Below, in pieces: positions 18,986-28,724 of a DNA stretch of 64,000 nt. The notes below the pieces were generated by a model that was given only the letters and a program-made list of their open reading frames with translations, was not told where the DNA came from and ran no database searches. Each line of letters begins with the position of its first letter. Position 1 is the stretch's first letter. The stretch comes from an uncultured Candidatus Saccharibacteria bacterium (GTDB taxonomy: Bacteria; Patescibacteriota; Saccharimonadia; Saccharimonadales; CAZICT01), in the NCBI GenBank assembly GCA_964537935.1, contig CAZICT010000001.1, positions 200,228-264,227 of the forward strand, in the 5' to 3' direction. The translations under genes were made by a program, and so were the position numbers.

Positions 18986-21586
18986 TTAACGGAGATGGAG
19001 GACGGTTTCGTCTTCATTAGAAGTTTTCGGAGCGGCTTCGTTCCTCGAGGAGGGTTTGTCGCTGATTTGGTCGCTATCAGTCTTTCTTTTGCGCTTACGG
19101 GTTCGCTTACGTTTGCGCTTTGGCTTATTTTCATCGTCAGTAGCGGCCTTTAAGGTAGTGAGATTAAGTATGTCTTTGGCGACTTTTTCTGGTGTAGCTG
19201 GTGTTTTTGGTGTGTCGTCTGTCTTTTTATCGTCAGATTTGATAGTAGGCTTGGCCTTCGGAGTGCTTTTTTTGCTTGGTTTTGCAGTGGTGGCATTTTT
19301 ACTGGGAGCTACATAACGTTCGTTCATGAAATCTTCGATACTGCCACGGCCAACCGCGAAGTTTTTTCGGCTATCTTCGATTATATGGCTAGTGTAATCT
19401 TCACCGAAAGGAGGTAGCTTAAGAGTAGTCGCAGAAAATGCAGGGACTTTCTCGCCTTCGATAATCATGCTGATTGCGAAATGGCGGTTATGCATATGAA
19501 CTATGTCGTGGTCGGTGAATTGCGGTTCAAAATATTTTTGCATAATCCGAGCGTCATCGGCACTGGTTCGGAATGAGACTATCGATCCTACGTTACCAAA
19601 TACCGCATCACGCACTTCAATACTCATTTGGGCGGTGTACTGGTTGGCGACGGTTAGATTAAGGGCGTATTTACGGGCTTCCGACAGAATCGTAGCAAAC
19701 GAATCGGTTGCAAAGTTCTGAAACTCGTCAACGTAAAGATAGAACGGTACACGCTGCTCTTGCGGAATATCCGCCCGACTCATTGCGCCCATTTGAATTT
19801 TGGTAACCAGCAGTGCGCCCAGCAGAGAAGCGTTATCCTCGCCAACCAGGCCACGGCTAAGGTTCACGATGAATATTTTTCGCTCATCCATGATTTTTCG
19901 GATATTAAAGCTGCTTTTAGGCTGGCCGATGATGTTGCGGACGATCGGATTAGCCGTGAAAGCCCCGACTTTATTCAATACCGGTGCAACTGCTTCTGCC
20001 GCAAATTTATCATTCCAGCTGGCAAATTCTACTGTCCAGAAGTTGCGAACCACCGGGTCGTCAACATACTCAAGCACTTCATTACGGAACTTCTTATCCG
20101 TCAATATGCGGGTAATATCAAGCATCGTCGCGTCCGGGTAATCCAGTAAAGCCAGCAAGCTGTAACGTAAAATGTACTCCAGCCTAGGGCCCCAGGAATC
20201 AAACATGCGCTTTAACACGCCTATTAGCTCAGAAGCCGTATGGGTTTTTAGCTTCTGGTCAGTAACCTCCATGGGATTAAAAGCTATCGGGAAATCCGTG
20301 TCGGCCGGGTTAAAGTAAATGACGTCATTGGCACGTTCTGCCGGAATCCTTTTAAGAATATTGATCGCGTAATCACCGTGCGGATCAATCACTGCAAAGC
20401 CAAATGGACTGTAAATGTCAGAGATAGTTAATAACTCCAGCATACCGGACTTACCGACACCGGTTTGGCCGATGATATAGAGGTGACGGCCACGGTCCTC
20501 CCGTTTAATACCGAACATGGTATTGTGCCCGCGAAAATTAGTAATGGCTATCGGGCTGACCGATTCCCGGTTCGCTTCCGTAACTAACGGTAAATTAGCC
20601 GGCGGTTCAGCGGTTTTGGCATTTGCCCAGAGAATATTTGGCGTTTCAACATTAGTGTGCGGCAGGTGAAAAAGACTGGCTACCTCTTCGATGTTACAAA
20701 TCAAACTTTGCTTCTTGAATGCCCGGTTGCGGTAAATATCCAATTGTTTTGGGTTATCACTGGAAGCACTCAAAGCAAAGCCGTTAAGGTAAGTGGTGTT
20801 AAATTGACGAAAGCTGGCAGTTATAGCCTGGACGCGCATGCGGGCAAGCGACATCGTGGTATTACCGCGATAAACTATCCGAACATTCATTTCGTAGGCC
20901 AGTTTCTGGCTCTTGGTTTCGGCAGCATTCGCTCGTGCGGTTTCGTGTTCTGCAAGTTTTGGGGCGCTTCCGCTTTGCGGCGCAGGCGGAGCCCAAAGGG
21001 CGGTGGCGAGCCCGCTCATATTACCGCCGGTTTTAGTCCTGATTTTAGCTGCATATTTTTCGCTTTTTTTGTGCCAATTACTTGGAGCCGGTCGAAGCAC
21101 AAACTGAATCCAGGCTTCTTCATTTTCCTCGAATTGCGCAAGAGTGGCCGTGATTGCGGCAAGCGGATCTACTTCAAAACTTGGGAAAGTCTTAATCGGT
21201 AAGGCCTTGTCGGCTATGAACTTAAGCTCGGACGTAAGTTGAGTCGGCAAGGGAAGCTCGTTATTTTTAGCGGTGTAATCTTCGACTTCTGAGATGTGGA
21301 CTGTCGGATACTGGGCATATATCTGTTCCTCAACAAAGCTCTTTAGATGTTCAGGCACCCATACATAAAAGCCGATACGCTTATTTTGTACGGCAATCTC
21401 AAAACTTATGCGTTCATGCACAGTGGATTTAAAAAAATTTTTTTCAGCAGTTGTAAGAAGACCGTGCAGGCTGGCAAACATTTGCTCCGCGGCCAATTCT
21501 TTTTTCTCGTTGGTTCGCGGCACTTGAAGCAACAAAACCGCGCCGACATCAACAGGGGAGGGAATTTGTGATTTACGAGAAAACAT
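18986..21586 (-). CDS. HerA/FtsK/VirB4-superfamily P-loop ATPase (DUF87-like) with polybasic C-terminal tail
   Basis: 866 aa. ~370-aa N-domain without TM segments. Walker A IIGQTGVGKSG, then VIDPHGDY (HerA/DUF87-type DPHGEY-like motif), Walker B FYLYVDEFQNF. The last ~120 aa are K/R/P-rich, including KPKRKRKRTRKRKRK. Confidence 0.7.
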   Translation of the reverse strand: MFSRKSQIPSPVDVGAVLLLQVPRTNEKKELAAEQMFASLHGLLTTAEKNFFKSTVHERISFEIAVQNKRIGFYVWVPEHLKSFVEEQIYAQYPTVHISEVEDYTAKNNELPLPTQLTSELKFIADKALPIKTFPSFEVDPLAAITATLAQFEENEEAWIQFVLRPAPSNWHKKSEKYAAKIRTKTGGNMSGLATALWAPPAPQSGSAPKLAEHETARANAAETKSQKLAYEMNVRIVYRGNTTMSLARMRVQAITASFRQFNTTYLNGFALSASSDNPKQLDIYRNRAFKKQSLICNIEEVASLFHLPHTNVETPNILWANAKTAEPPANLPLVTEANRESVSPIAITNFRGHNTMFGIKREDRGRHLYIIGQTGVGKSGMLELLTISDIYSPFGFAVIDPHGDYAINILKRIPAERANDVIYFNPADTDFPIAFNPMEVTDQKLKTHTASELIGVLKRMFDSWGPRLEYILRYSLLALLDYPDATMLDITRILTDKKFRNEVLEYVDDPVVRNFWTVEFASWNDKFAAEAVAPVLNKVGAFTANPIVRNIIGQPKSSFNIRKIMDERKIFIVNLSRGLVGEDNASLLGALLVTKIQMGAMSRADIPQEQRVPFYLYVDEFQNFATDSFATILSEARKYALNLTVANQYTAQMSIEVRDAVFGNVGSIVSFRTSADDARIMQKYFEPQFTDHDIVHMHNRHFAISMIIEGEKVPAFSATTLKLPPFGEDYTSHIIEDSRKNFAVGRGSIEDFMNERYVAPSKNATTAKPSKKSTPKAKPTIKSDDKKTDDTPKTPATPEKVAKDILNLTTLKAATDDENKPKRKRKRTRKRKRKTDSDQISDKPSSRNEAAPKTSNEDETVLHLR

Positions 21587-21838
21587 TATATCGAAACTAT
21601 ACTATAAATCACTTAAAATTGCAAGGATAAGCTAAATATTGTGATGCTTAAAAAATACTCAATCATTTAACCTAATCGGATGCCGGTAACGTTTGTGGCT
21701 ATTTGCAGCGGTGGATACTAAAAAGCTATAGAGTTTTTGCATATATATTTTTACAGGCCTATCTTATTATTATAACAAATATTAGCTGTTTTGTCAATGT
21801 AGCGTAAGCAGTATGGAAGGTGTTATTATGCATCTAAT

Positions 21839-23083
21839 ATGATTGACGACTTCAAGCCGCGCCGGCGCGTTCGCGTCATGCCAGCCGAAACTAAAAAGCC
21901 CGAAACCGTGACAGAAGAAAAGCCAACAGAGCCAGTGTTTAAGACGCCGGAAGAAACTGCTGACGAAGATCCAAATAATAACAGTAAACGGTCTGAGAAT
22001 TCTTCAAAAGGGCCTGATTTAAAAGACAAGTTTGCATGGCTTAAGCGAATTACTAAAAAACAATGGATAATTATTGGAGTTGTACTCACTTTGTTGGTTG
22101 GAGGAGGGGTGGCATTTGCCTTAACTCGTCCTGATCCGCCGGCGCCCGAACCGGAGCCAGCGCCAGTGGTCGAAAAAGAAGAAAAGCCGGAACCACCCAA
22201 AACCCTGGCTTCTCCGCTTACAGGCGTTCAGGTAAAGCCCGAGCTTGCCAAACTGCCTACGACCGGAGTTATGATTGAAAACAGCCCTGACGCCCGACCA
22301 CAATCTGGCCTGTACCATGCCGGCGTGGTGGTCGAGGCAATAGCCGAGGGTGGGATTACGCGCTTTTTAGCGCTCTTTCAGGAAAGTCAGCCTGATTATA
22401 TTGGTCCCGTACGCTCGGTGCGGCCATACTTTCTAGACTTTTTAGTACCGTTTGATGCACCGATTGCTCATGTCGGTGGCAGCGCCCAAGCTTTAGCCGA
22501 AATCCGAAACCAGGGTATAAAGGACCTTGATCAGTTCTTTAATCCCGGACCGTATCATCGGGTCAGTAGCCGGTTTGCGCCACATAATATGTACACTTCC
22601 CGCAGTGGATTGCTTGAGCTGCAAAAGAGTAAAGGCTGGGGCACCAGCAAATTTAGCAGTCTAGTCAGGAAAGCAGAGAAAAAAGCCAAGACCCCGAACG
22701 CCAGTGCCGTTGATGTGAATATTTCCAGCTTCACGTACAATCCGCGGTTTGTTTATAATGCTAAATCAAACAGTTACTTACGCCATCTTGCCGGAGCACC
22801 GCATATGGATGAAAAAGCCGGTAAACAGCTTAATCCCAAAACTGTAGTGGTGTTGGTGATGCCTCATCATTACTCAGGTATTTATTCGGTTTATCAAACA
22901 ACCGGTAGCGGCAAAGCATTTATCTTTCAAGACGGCACGGTCACAGAGGGTATTTGGGAAAAGAAAAGTCGCAGCTCGCAACTTAAACTTGGCGATGCGA
23001 ACGGATCGCCTTTAGGTCTTAATCCGGGACAAACCTGGATTACTCTCGTAGGTGACGCCTCGCGAGTTATCGTAACGCCCTAA
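21839..23083 (+). CDS. DUF3048-family extracytoplasmic protein (YerB-like), membrane-anchored
   Basis: N-terminal TM (WIIIGVVLTLLVGGGVAFAL), Pro/Glu-rich linker, then a C-terminal domain resembling DUF3048 N+C domains of Firmicutes. Confidence 0.6.
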   Translation: MIDDFKPRRRVRVMPAETKKPETVTEEKPTEPVFKTPEETADEDPNNNSKRSENSSKGPDLKDKFAWLKRITKKQWIIIGVVLTLLVGGGVAFALTRPDPPAPEPEPAPVVEKEEKPEPPKTLASPLTGVQVKPELAKLPTTGVMIENSPDARPQSGLYHAGVVVEAIAEGGITRFLALFQESQPDYIGPVRSVRPYFLDFLVPFDAPIAHVGGSAQALAEIRNQGIKDLDQFFNPGPYHRVSSRFAPHNMYTSRSGLLELQKSKGWGTSKFSSLVRKAEKKAKTPNASAVDVNISSFTYNPRFVYNAKSNSYLRHLAGAPHMDEKAGKQLNPKTVVVLVMPHHYSGIYSVYQTTGSGKAFIFQDGTVTEGIWEKKSRSSQLKLGDANGSPLGLNPGQTWITLVGDASRVIVTP

Positions 23084-23088
23084 AAGTC

Positions 23089-24627
23089 ATGGATCACTTT
23101 AAACGCCTATACCGCCAAGTTTCACAGTTCACCTTCTTGTTTACATGCCTGATTGGATTGCTGCCGATTGTCGGCTACTACCTGATTGATGTTTTAACAC
23201 CCTTAAGTAGCTATCTCGCATTTTTGGCTGCGATGCTAATGGCGCTGGTTATTTCGCTTATATCCTCGGTAGTGGTGTCTAATTATGCCCTTAAGCCGCT
23301 CAGGTTTGTTTGGCAGGCGGTACTTCATGTTTCGTCCGGGCCAAACAGCCCACCAGCCCCCAACCTGGATGAGCTTAAAACAGGCCATGAGCTCGTTAGC
23401 TCGCTCGCCATGCAGATATATCAATTTGCGAGCCAACAAGACACTAGTGATCTGATTGAACATCGCAGGCAACTTAGCCAGGCGGCCAATGTCATGAGCC
23501 ACTTGCCATTGCCTCTGTTTGTATTCAACAAAGCTCAGCAGCTTACAAATGCAAGCGATGAAGCCCTGCGCTACTGCCAGCTTGAAAGCTCAGATTTATT
23601 TGGCAGACCTTTGTATGAATTTTTAAATCTTGAATTCCCGGACGAGCATACATTAGATGCCTGGATACAGGCATGCCAGGTTAACAAAATTACAGATATT
23701 ACTTATTGGGAACATGTGCGAGTGCGGCTTCCCGGTGAAGCTGGTGAGGTCAAGCAGTGCGACATGATCGCCTCCTACAACAAAGACAACCCGAGCGGAA
23801 CAGAATTTATAGTTATGCTGTTTGATCGCACAGACGCTTATAACCAAGAAGATTCTTCGCTTAGCTTTCTGTCACTGGCTGTTCATGAACTGCGTACTCC
23901 ACTGACGATGCTTCGCGGTTATATTGAGGTGTTTCAGAGCGAACTGGCAACAACGCTTTCACCCGAGCTTCAAGGTTTTATGCATAAGATGTCGGTTTCT
24001 GCCGATCAGCTGACAGCGTTCGTAAACAACATTTTGAATGTCGCCCGCGTTGAAGAAAATCAGCTGGTTCTAAAGCTAAATGAGGCTCGCTGGGACGAGG
24101 TGTTAAAAGAAGCCCTGGAGGCTCTGGAGCTAAGAGCTAAGATCAACAACAAGACTATCGAGTGTCACATAGAACCTAACCTGCCGACAGTGGCGATTGA
24201 TCGTATTAGTGTTCAAGAAGTTATTAACAACTTAGTCGATAACGCTATCAAATATAGCGGCACGGAGCCAGGCAAAATAATAGTAACGGCCAAATTAAAA
24301 GACGGAATGGTAGAAACAACTGTCCAGGACTTTGGCGTGGGGATTTCACAAGGTGTTATTGCCAATCTTTTCGTTCGCTATTATCGCAATCACCGGACCA
24401 AAGGTGACGTCGGCGGAACCGGATTAGGGTTGTTTCTTAGCAAAGCTTTGGTTACCGCACATGGCGGTCAGATATGGGTTTCCTCTAAAGAAGGCGAGGG
24501 CAGTACTTTTGGATTCAGCCTGGTGCCCTATGCTCAGCTTGCCGATGAACAGAAAAACAGCAATAATAAAGATATTACTAGACACGCTCACGGCTGGATT
24601 AAAAATCACTCTTTATATAGAAGGTAG
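23089..24627 (+). CDS. Sensor histidine kinase (two N-terminal TM helices)
   Basis: HisKA H-box LSLAVHELRTPLTMLRGYIE. HATPase_c N/G boxes (DNAIKYS, GGTGLGL, GEGSTFGFSL). Confidence 0.85.
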   Translation: MDHFKRLYRQVSQFTFLFTCLIGLLPIVGYYLIDVLTPLSSYLAFLAAMLMALVISLISSVVVSNYALKPLRFVWQAVLHVSSGPNSPPAPNLDELKTGHELVSSLAMQIYQFASQQDTSDLIEHRRQLSQAANVMSHLPLPLFVFNKAQQLTNASDEALRYCQLESSDLFGRPLYEFLNLEFPDEHTLDAWIQACQVNKITDITYWEHVRVRLPGEAGEVKQCDMIASYNKDNPSGTEFIVMLFDRTDAYNQEDSSLSFLSLAVHELRTPLTMLRGYIEVFQSELATTLSPELQGFMHKMSVSADQLTAFVNNILNVARVEENQLVLKLNEARWDEVLKEALEALELRAKINNKTIECHIEPNLPTVAIDRISVQEVINNLVDNAIKYSGTEPGKIIVTAKLKDGMVETTVQDFGVGISQGVIANLFVRYYRNHRTKGDVGGTGLGLFLSKALVTAHGGQIWVSSKEGEGSTFGFSLVPYAQLADEQKNSNNKDITRHAHGWIKNHSLYRR

Positions 24628-24630
24628 GAT

Positions 24631-25035
24631 ATGGAAGATAACTCGACACAGGCACCCCAGACTAACAGGAAAATTCTATGCATAGAAGATGAGCATTTTA
24701 TTAGCGAACTTTACGCCCGGGCGCTCACTAAAGCCGGTTATGACGTAAAGATTGTAGTTGATGGCATAGAAGGGCTTAAAGAGGCGCAGACCAACCAATA
24801 CGACATCATCCTTTTGGATATTATGATGCCTAATCTTACCGGCACCGATATTCTCAGACGCCTGCGCGATCCTAGCGAGACGCCAAACCTAAAAAGTAAA
24901 ATTATTATCACCACTAATCTCGAACAAAGCGACGAAAGCCGCGCCGTTATCGAAAGCCAGGCTGACGGCTATGTTATCAAGGCCGATATTACACCGCATC
25001 AGCTGGTTGACTTTCTAAATCAAGTCAAATTTTAG
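24631..25035 (+). CDS. Single-domain response regulator (receiver only, CheY-like)
   Basis: 134 aa with the receiver acidic pocket (CIEDEH, LLDIMMP) and a conserved T/K region. No output domain. Starts 4 nt after the kinase stop. Confidence 0.85.
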   Translation: MEDNSTQAPQTNRKILCIEDEHFISELYARALTKAGYDVKIVVDGIEGLKEAQTNQYDIILLDIMMPNLTGTDILRRLRDPSETPNLKSKIIITTNLEQSDESRAVIESQADGYVIKADITPHQLVDFLNQVKF

Positions 25036-25349
25036 AACTTTTTATAAAATTGTAATAAATAATGCTTGAACTGCATTAGTTGCATGGGTTTATACTCTAA
25101 TTAGTCACGGGAGCATGAATTCGCCAAAAATAGCGAGTCATAGTTTTCGGGCTTTACCCACTAAAGTCCTCACCTCTAAGGCAGCATACTCCGGTCCCTG
25201 CTGATCCTTACACATAAATTACTACTCACGTATAGACAGTCTTACGAACGGTCGGCTGTTGTTGTGGGAAGTTTCACCAAGGACAACTCCTTGGCAAATC
25301 CGTTTACTGGGATAAGATTTATCGCCAGCCTATTTTTTATTACCTAAAA

Positions 25350-25640
25350 ATGTGTGAGGAGGATGCCGCCATGACTCGACAAATCAATAAAGAGGTAGAG
25401 GTAAATGCTTTTTACTTTGCCGGCACAAAAAAAGTCAAAATATTCCCGGAACAGATAACACTCGGAAACGAACATTACACGTTTTTGCGTTCGGGCATAC
25501 AGCTGGTAATCAGCAAGGGACAGGAAATTATCCGTCTGTTTACTATGACCGACGGTACGCGCCGTTTTCAGATCAAAAAAATAAACGATACTTGGGTGTT
25601 GCTGAAAATTGAGCAGGTACCCGGAGAGGCGGCGCTATGA
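25350..25640 (+). CDS. Small hypothetical protein translationally coupled to the umuD-like gene (YolD-like?)
   Basis: 96 aa. Its stop overlaps the umuD-like start (ATGA). First gene of an apparent three-gene cassette. Confidence 0.5.
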   Translation: MCEEDAAMTRQINKEVEVNAFYFAGTKKVKIFPEQITLGNEHYTFLRSGIQLVISKGQEIIRLFTMTDGTRRFQIKKINDTWVLLKIEQVPGEAAL

Positions 25641-25981
25641 AGACCCCTCAGGAACTGCCGGGCGTAGCCGAACACGCCGGCTTTCCTAATCCGGCGACTG
25701 ATTCGTCGCTGCAAAGCTTAGATCTTAACAAACTTCTGGTGCACCACCGGGTAAGCACCTACTTTATGCGCGTAGAAGGGAACGGCTACAGGAAATACCA
25801 CATACTTGACGGTGACGTTTTGCTGATTGATCGGGCCCTTATACCTCAGTCAAACGACCTGGCGGTATGGTGGAGAGATGACTGTTTTTCAGTTTCGCCG
25901 CATCATTCTATACCGCAAGACTGTGCTGTATGGGGCGTAGTAAGTTCTGTCATTCGCCAATTAAAGGGTGCGTCGATATGA
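25637..25981 (+). CDS. umuD: UmuD-like S24-family protein with cleavage-site motif but no catalytic Ser/Lys
   Basis: AG|FPNPATDSSLQSLDLNKLLVHHRVSTYFMRVEGNGY aligns by eye to E. coli UmuD [38 protein letters not shown]. Where UmuD has GDSM (Ser60) this protein has GNGY. At the Lys97 region (FTVKKL) it has FSVSPHH. Confidence 0.7.
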   Translation: MKTPQELPGVAEHAGFPNPATDSSLQSLDLNKLLVHHRVSTYFMRVEGNGYRKYHILDGDVLLIDRALIPQSNDLAVWWRDDCFSVSPHHSIPQDCAVWGVVSSVIRQLKGASI

Positions 25982-27261
25982 AACAGACGCTTTTTGCGCT
26001 GATTGATTGTAATAATTTTTTTGTCAGTTGTGAACGTATTTTTCGGCCGGATTTAGAAGATAAACCAGTCGTCGTACTTTCCAGCAATGATGGCTGTGCC
26101 GTTGCCCGAAGTAACGAAGCAAAAGCGCTCGGTATCCCGATGGCTGCGCCTGTTTTTAAGTACCGCCAAATCCTTAACGATCACAACGTAGTACAGTTTA
26201 GCGGTAATTTTGAGTTATACGGCGATATATCTCGGCGTATCATAGAGCTGCTAGCCTCTATAACACCGCGTATTGAAGTGTATTCAGTGGACGAATCGTT
26301 CCTGGATCTCAGTGAACTGCCAATCAATGATTTTACGGCCTGGGGAAGGATGGTCCGCGAAAAAATTCTCACCTGGATTGGAGTGCCGGTATCTATCGGT
26401 ATTGCGCCAAGCAAAACACTAGCCAAACTAGCCTCGGACCGCGCCAAAAAAGATCCTGCGTTAAATGGCGTCCTGTGCATTAATACCAATGGCCCGGACC
26501 GGGAAACACACCTCAAGTCTACTCCTGTAGAAGATGTATGGGGTGTTGGGTGGAGATTGGCGCCAAGGCTTAGGGCCGAAGGAGTAGGCAGCGCATACGA
26601 TTTGCAACAATTAAGACCTCGGCGGGCCCAGCAATTGATGGGCATCCACGGAAGACAAATGGTATATGAGTTAAATGGCATAAGCTGCTTGCCGCTTGAA
26701 ACCGTTGGAAAGATAAGAAAAAGTATCATGGCGACCCGGACCTTCGGCCAAGATACAAGTGAATTCAATGTGCTGGAGGCAGCTATTGCCAACTTTACTG
26801 CCGTGGCGGCTTTTAAGTTACGATCAAGCGGTCAGCTGGCCAGACGTGCCGGAATTTTTCTCGACACAAACAAGCACAAACCAGGTTACAAGCGCTGGTC
26901 TAGAGAGTTAAATTTTAAAGTGCCGATTGCCGACACGGGAATACTTACGGGCCTCCTGATTAAAGCTTTGGGTGAAGTTTATAATCCGCACCTAAAATAC
27001 CATCGTGCCGGTGTAATGCTGCATGATTTCGTACCCAACAAAGAATTACAAACCGATCTATTTGATATAGCCAGCCTAACAAGGCATGACACGTCAACCA
27101 GACGTATGATAGCAGTCGACAGCATTAATAATCGCTACGGTAAACGCACCATAAAATACGCTGCCGAAAATCTTGGGACTGTCTGGAGGCCGCGTTATAA
27201 CCTACGCAGCCCGCGCTACACCTCACGCTGGAATGAACTAGCGGTGATTAAAAATGCTTAA
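25978..27261 (+). CDS. umuC: Y-family DNA polymerase (UmuC/DinB-like, Pol V catalytic subunit-like)
   Basis: MKQTLFALIDCNNFFVSCERIFRPDLEDKPVVVLSSNDGCAVARSNEAKALGI is the canonical UmuC N-terminus. ATG overlaps the umuD-like stop (ATGA). Confidence 0.85.
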   Translation: MKQTLFALIDCNNFFVSCERIFRPDLEDKPVVVLSSNDGCAVARSNEAKALGIPMAAPVFKYRQILNDHNVVQFSGNFELYGDISRRIIELLASITPRIEVYSVDESFLDLSELPINDFTAWGRMVREKILTWIGVPVSIGIAPSKTLAKLASDRAKKDPALNGVLCINTNGPDRETHLKSTPVEDVWGVGWRLAPRLRAEGVGSAYDLQQLRPRRAQQLMGIHGRQMVYELNGISCLPLETVGKIRKSIMATRTFGQDTSEFNVLEAAIANFTAVAAFKLRSSGQLARRAGIFLDTNKHKPGYKRWSRELNFKVPIADTGILTGLLIKALGEVYNPHLKYHRAGVMLHDFVPNKELQTDLFDIASLTRHDTSTRRMIAVDSINNRYGKRTIKYAAENLGTVWRPRYNLRSPRYTSRWNELAVIKNA

Positions 27262-27411
27262 CCAGAAAGTAGTGGACCGGTCTTATGACGATACATTACC
27301 CAGTGGTCAAGTGGTGTGAAAGACCGAGTCGGGAGTTTTAAGCACAAGAGTGCAAAAAATCTGCAACCGACCCGGTCAGACACCTCCTTTAAAAGAAGCG
27401 GGGTGAGAGTT

Positions 27412-27891
27412 TTAGCAGGAGTACGTTCCCGTTATAGGATCGTACTCGACTTCACGGGCGTTTTGCTCGCACCAGTCAAGATCGCTGGAGCTGCTTATGC
27501 TGCTCACGTCAAGCGGCGATGCGGCGCACGGCATGTGCCTTATTTCAAATTCACCGACAGTGCTACCCTTGGAATCATCCAAGGCCACATAGTCTATCCG
27601 AAGATAAACATCGTACCCCGGATACATTGGAACGTCGACAGACAGTTCTCCGCGGCCAGCCAACAGGCTAAAGGCTTCAATGCCTCCCATCCCGTCTGTG
27701 TAGTGGACGGCATTGAAGTCATAGCGATATCCCTTGATACCTCCCTCTAGGGTGACCACCAGTTCTTCACCGCAGGTGTAGTGAGCGGTTGAAATAATCG
27801 ACGACGGTCGAGTATGGTGCTCGATTGCCCCAGCGGGTGAAGCCAGCAGCAGCATGGCAAGAACGGATAACACAAGCATGAACTTCTTCAT
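27412..27891 (-). CDS. Secreted hypothetical Cys-containing protein (159 aa)
   Basis: Signal peptide MKKFMLVLSVLAMLLLASPAGA. AAGGAG RBS upstream. No lipobox. Confidence 0.55.
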   Translation of the reverse strand: MKKFMLVLSVLAMLLLASPAGAIEHHTRPSSIISTAHYTCGEELVVTLEGGIKGYRYDFNAVHYTDGMGGIEAFSLLAGRGELSVDVPMYPGYDVYLRIDYVALDDSKGSTVGEFEIRHMPCAASPLDVSSISSSSDLDWCEQNAREVEYDPITGTYSC

Positions 27892-28079
27892 CTCTTGATC
27901 TCCTTAACTCGGAGGTGGAACTACTAAGGTTCTACCGTGAAAACGGTTATGCTTTAATATATCATATTATTTACTTTTTGTAAATACTCTTATATTCTAT
28001 TATTAATACGTAAGAAATATCGCTTCATAATCAGTGGTTTGTACATAAAATATTAACGACTTAGTTCTAAGGAGGGGTT

Positions 28080-28409
28080 ATGAACAGTGGTTTAGAAACA
28101 GGGGAAAGAGATGCTGCTCAAGCAGATGAATTGCTGTCTGCAGACGAATTTATAAATGTTGAAAACGGACTGAGACTAGCATACCAAAGACTAAATCTAC
28201 TCAGAAATCCGACTGACTATGTTGATTTAAACGCCGTCGGTAACGCGCTTAGTTTGCTTAGAAAAGTCAAAGAACAACTCGGCATACATTCTGAAGAAGA
28301 AGCACAGATAACTGCTCCGGGAGAAATTAATGTTCCTGAATATGCAGGCGGCCTCGCTACAGAAAAAACAGTTGAAACCGTAGAGGTCAAAGTCCTCCAG
28401 CCGGTATAA
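28080..28409 (+). CDS. Hypothetical acidic protein (109 aa)
   Basis: AAGGAGG RBS 5 nt upstream of ATG. No motif recognised. Confidence 0.5.
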   Translation: MNSGLETGERDAAQADELLSADEFINVENGLRLAYQRLNLLRNPTDYVDLNAVGNALSLLRKVKEQLGIHSEEEAQITAPGEINVPEYAGGLATEKTVETVEVKVLQPV

Positions 28410-28492
28410 ATTGTTCCGCGATTTAGACATCCTCCAGAAGCACCTTAAATAGCTCCAAAGATAAAGCCCGATTCTAGATCGGGCGCTTTCTT

Positions 28493-28567
28493 TGGTGACC
28501 TCACGGGGAATCGAACCCCGATTGCCAGGATGAGAACCTGGTGTCCTAACCGTTAGACGATGAGGCC
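28493..28567 (-). tRNA. tRNA-Glu (anticodon CTC)
   Basis: Reverse complement: acceptor GGCCTCA/TGAGGTC, anticodon stem CCAGG/CCTGG with loop TTCTCAT, T-arm CGGGGTTCGATTCCCCG, encoded CCA. Confidence 0.7.
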
Positions 28568-28724
28568 ACTACAGCTTTCGCTCCATTTATCATTTCACAA
28601 TTTTCAATTTCCAAAATAAGAAACAGAGTCGTTAGCTAAAAAATCGTAACATAACAGGGAAGTATTGTCTATTGTCGGCTCGTAAAATGCTTATGCTTGT
28701 CGTATACTTTGATGTAAGGCTGCC

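Noticed and set aside
25040-25350. Searched the spacer upstream of the umuD-like cassette for a Gram-positive LexA (Cheo) box, GAAC-N4-GTTC.
   Set aside because: Only partial matches (GAAC...GTTG with wrong spacing). No convincing SOS box, so none was reported as a feature.
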